The notes beneath the pieces are model-generated. The model made no database searches and was not told the DNA's origin. It was given only the letters and a program-made list of their open reading frames with translations. Below are positions 61,908 to 64,000 of a stretch of DNA of 64,000 bases, one piece after another. Both the position numbers and the translations under genes were made by a program. This stretch comes from Syncephalis fuscata S228 (Eukaryota; Fungi; Zoopagomycota), in NCBI GenBank assembly GCA_025786725.1, contig JAHLTZ010000008.1, forward strand, positions 558,001 through 622,000. Direction: 5' to 3'. Positions within the stretch are counted from its first letter, which is position 1, and every line of letters begins with the position of its first letter.

Positions 61908-64000
61908 ATGTCGACACCAACGATAAAGGCAGCCATTACCACCATTTCTCATGTACCACGCGGCCTTGAACAACTGGTAGATGCTGACGAGGAGACGGTA
62001 CGTATTTATTACAGCCAGCTAGTAGAGTCGAGAGATGCAGCTACAGCCGATCTACGAGAGCAAGTATTTAGAAACTATGGCCAATTCGTAGTTATTTCCA
62101 AAGAAATTACCAATATCCTTGTTATACTTGTCAATAACTAACTGGCAGAGTGGAGATATGTAATAGCCTTAACTCGTCTTTGATACAGCTGGAAAGTGAT
62201 ATGTTAATGTTACGCGATGCTATTACAGAGCTTAAAGACATCGGAGAAGAACTGAGCAAAGAAGGAGAACAGCAGGTGGAATGTAAGTAAAGACAGTGGC
62301 TATGTAATAGTTTATTTACAGGCTACACACATAGCACATAGTAAATCGGGTCGTAAAGACAGATCTTCAGATAAAGTAAATAGTTATACGATAATTGTAT
62401 ATTTAAAATATTAATATTGAATTAGAAAGATAAAACGGGTACAGACAACCAGAGTGACGAAACACCGGCTGAAATGCGTTGGATGGGTGATCTTTCTGAT
62501 GAACTGGATGTTTATATTGCTCATCGGGAATTTGATGATGCTGTTGAGTGTGTCGAGAATGGTAATTGGTCATTATTGTAAAGTGTAATAGTAATGTTAA
62601 TTATAATAGCTCAACACACGTAATGGCTTGGGAGAAGGAAGGCAAAGATTTTGATGAGATTACTGATAAAATTAAAGAAAGAAGCGAACGATTGAGTACA
62701 ACTATTTGTGAGGATTTTAAAAATCCACTACTGACCCGCCAACAATTACAGCAACGTATTCAATGGCTATTGAGGATTGGATATAATGAAAAGGTAAAGA
62801 GACGGCAAAGTATTAGATGAAATGTTAATATGTAATAAAAGGCACGTAGCAGCTTTTTATTCACTCGTACAGCTTTGATACGCGAAAGAACACGGTAAAT
62901 ACAAGAGATGAATAGAATCAAGTTGAATAAATTAATGCTAACTACTATTATTATTATAACAGACAATTGTATCAACAGATGATGTGCTGTTGTATACTAG
63001 CAATTTGACAGTTATGCTATTTACATTGATTAAGCATAGCTGTTCGTGGTATAATCAGCTATTCCAGGATACGTCTACTGCCTCAGGTAAATGAGTCGTA
63101 ATAATATAGTTGTATCAATTGGCTGTAATGTATGTAAATTTGGTTTAGAATTTATGAAATGGGTTCAGTTGGAAATGGATTTCTTTGCAGAAAAATTTCG
63201 TCGACGAGTCTTCTTTGACCAGCAACCGTTTGATGTAATTGCTGAATGCATAAAATGCGCTTTAACTGAATGTGCTAAGGTTGGTTTATAAATACACAAT
63301 AAAATGACTATTGTTAACTACGACACTACCATATGCTATAGCTGCAAGATATTGGATTAGATATTTCTTTTCTGCTTGAACAGCTGTTAGTGAAGAATTT
63401 GAGTGAAGCCATTGAGTTGTATGAGAAGGTGTGCACCGATACATTGACTAGATCGCTACTAGAAGACCGATTCCGTATGACAGGTGTTGAGGTTGATGGC
63501 AGTAAGTTGATTTATTGTTCGATACAATGAATAATAATAATAATGGCAATAGGTACTGCTGTACAATTGACATCCAGTACGGCAAAACTGTATAAATTAA
63601 TCAATGACTTTTCTCGTGATATGAGTCTACTCTCCTCTGTTCCCGTAAGTAGTGGTCAATGACTAGAGACGCATGTTTGACGGTATTTTATGATAAATCC
63701 ATTGTCTGTAGATTTACAATACGGTGGTGAGCAGTATTTCTACCATCATAGAGCGATATCTTAAGCATATGCTGGCCACGTGTGAGGAATTGGAGCTCGA
63801 TGATCAACAGGTAGGCGATTATATAACAACATATGAATTGGTTAATGAACTGATAAATATATAGCGATTTGGTGTATTGGCCGATGCCGGATTTGTCCAA
63901 GAATACTTTTTGCCTCGTATTATTGCACAGGTCTCGGTAGGTTCAAACGACAAAGTTAAATACATACTAAGCCAACGATGTGATATAGAAAATGTTCCAT
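61908..64000 (+). CDS. EXO84: Exocyst component Exo84 (partial, continues beyond the window)
   Basis: DLREQVFRNYGQFVVISKEITKLESDM (Vps51-like N-terminus), DELDVYIAHREFDDAV, IQWLLRIG, ARSSFLFTR, LQDIGLDISFLL. Confidence 0.88.
62113..62186 (+). other. U12-type (minor spliceosome) AT-AC intron in EXO84
   Basis: 5' site ATATCCTT, branch site CCTTAAC at 62167-62173, 3' end ..GATAC. Removing it restores ISKEITK/LESDMLML in frame. Confidence 0.9.

Overview
This is eukaryotic, intron-rich fungal genomic DNA. Introns are mostly 50-70 nt and AT-rich. The gene set (U12-type intron, trypsin, LanC-like protein, Crinkler, DUF5092-like protein) points to an early-diverging fungus, and a Zoopagomycota/Syncephalis-like mycoparasite is my inference. 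The left 7 kb is an accessory zone with a decayed Mutator (MULE) transposase next to an intact 4-exon Crinkler-type effector (ubiquitin-like header + P-loop NTPase + PD-(D/E)xK nuclease) whose introns look foreign to this genome. The rest is gene-dense: GGPP synthase, two tandem methyltransferases, an RNI-type LRR protein, RPS25, CYK3-like, LanCL, a plant-type 2-PGK-like P-loop protein, PIG-S, dUTPase, trypsin, S9 dipeptidyl peptidase, PEX13, TMA7, a DUF5092-like protein, two tandem 7TM receptors, BAP31/YET, a zinc metalloprotease, PEX16 and EXO84 (runs off the end). Main observations: an AT-AC minor-spliceosome intron in EXO84; long-range complementarity closing the long RPS25 intron; a ~265-bp near-identical inverted repeat bracketing three genes (an inversion signature); paired GPCR-like genes with signal peptides and a shared LY[KR]R kexin-like site; and about 15 single-base omissions in conserved genes that most likely reflect assembly consensus errors. 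All exon structures were read by eye and no searches were run.
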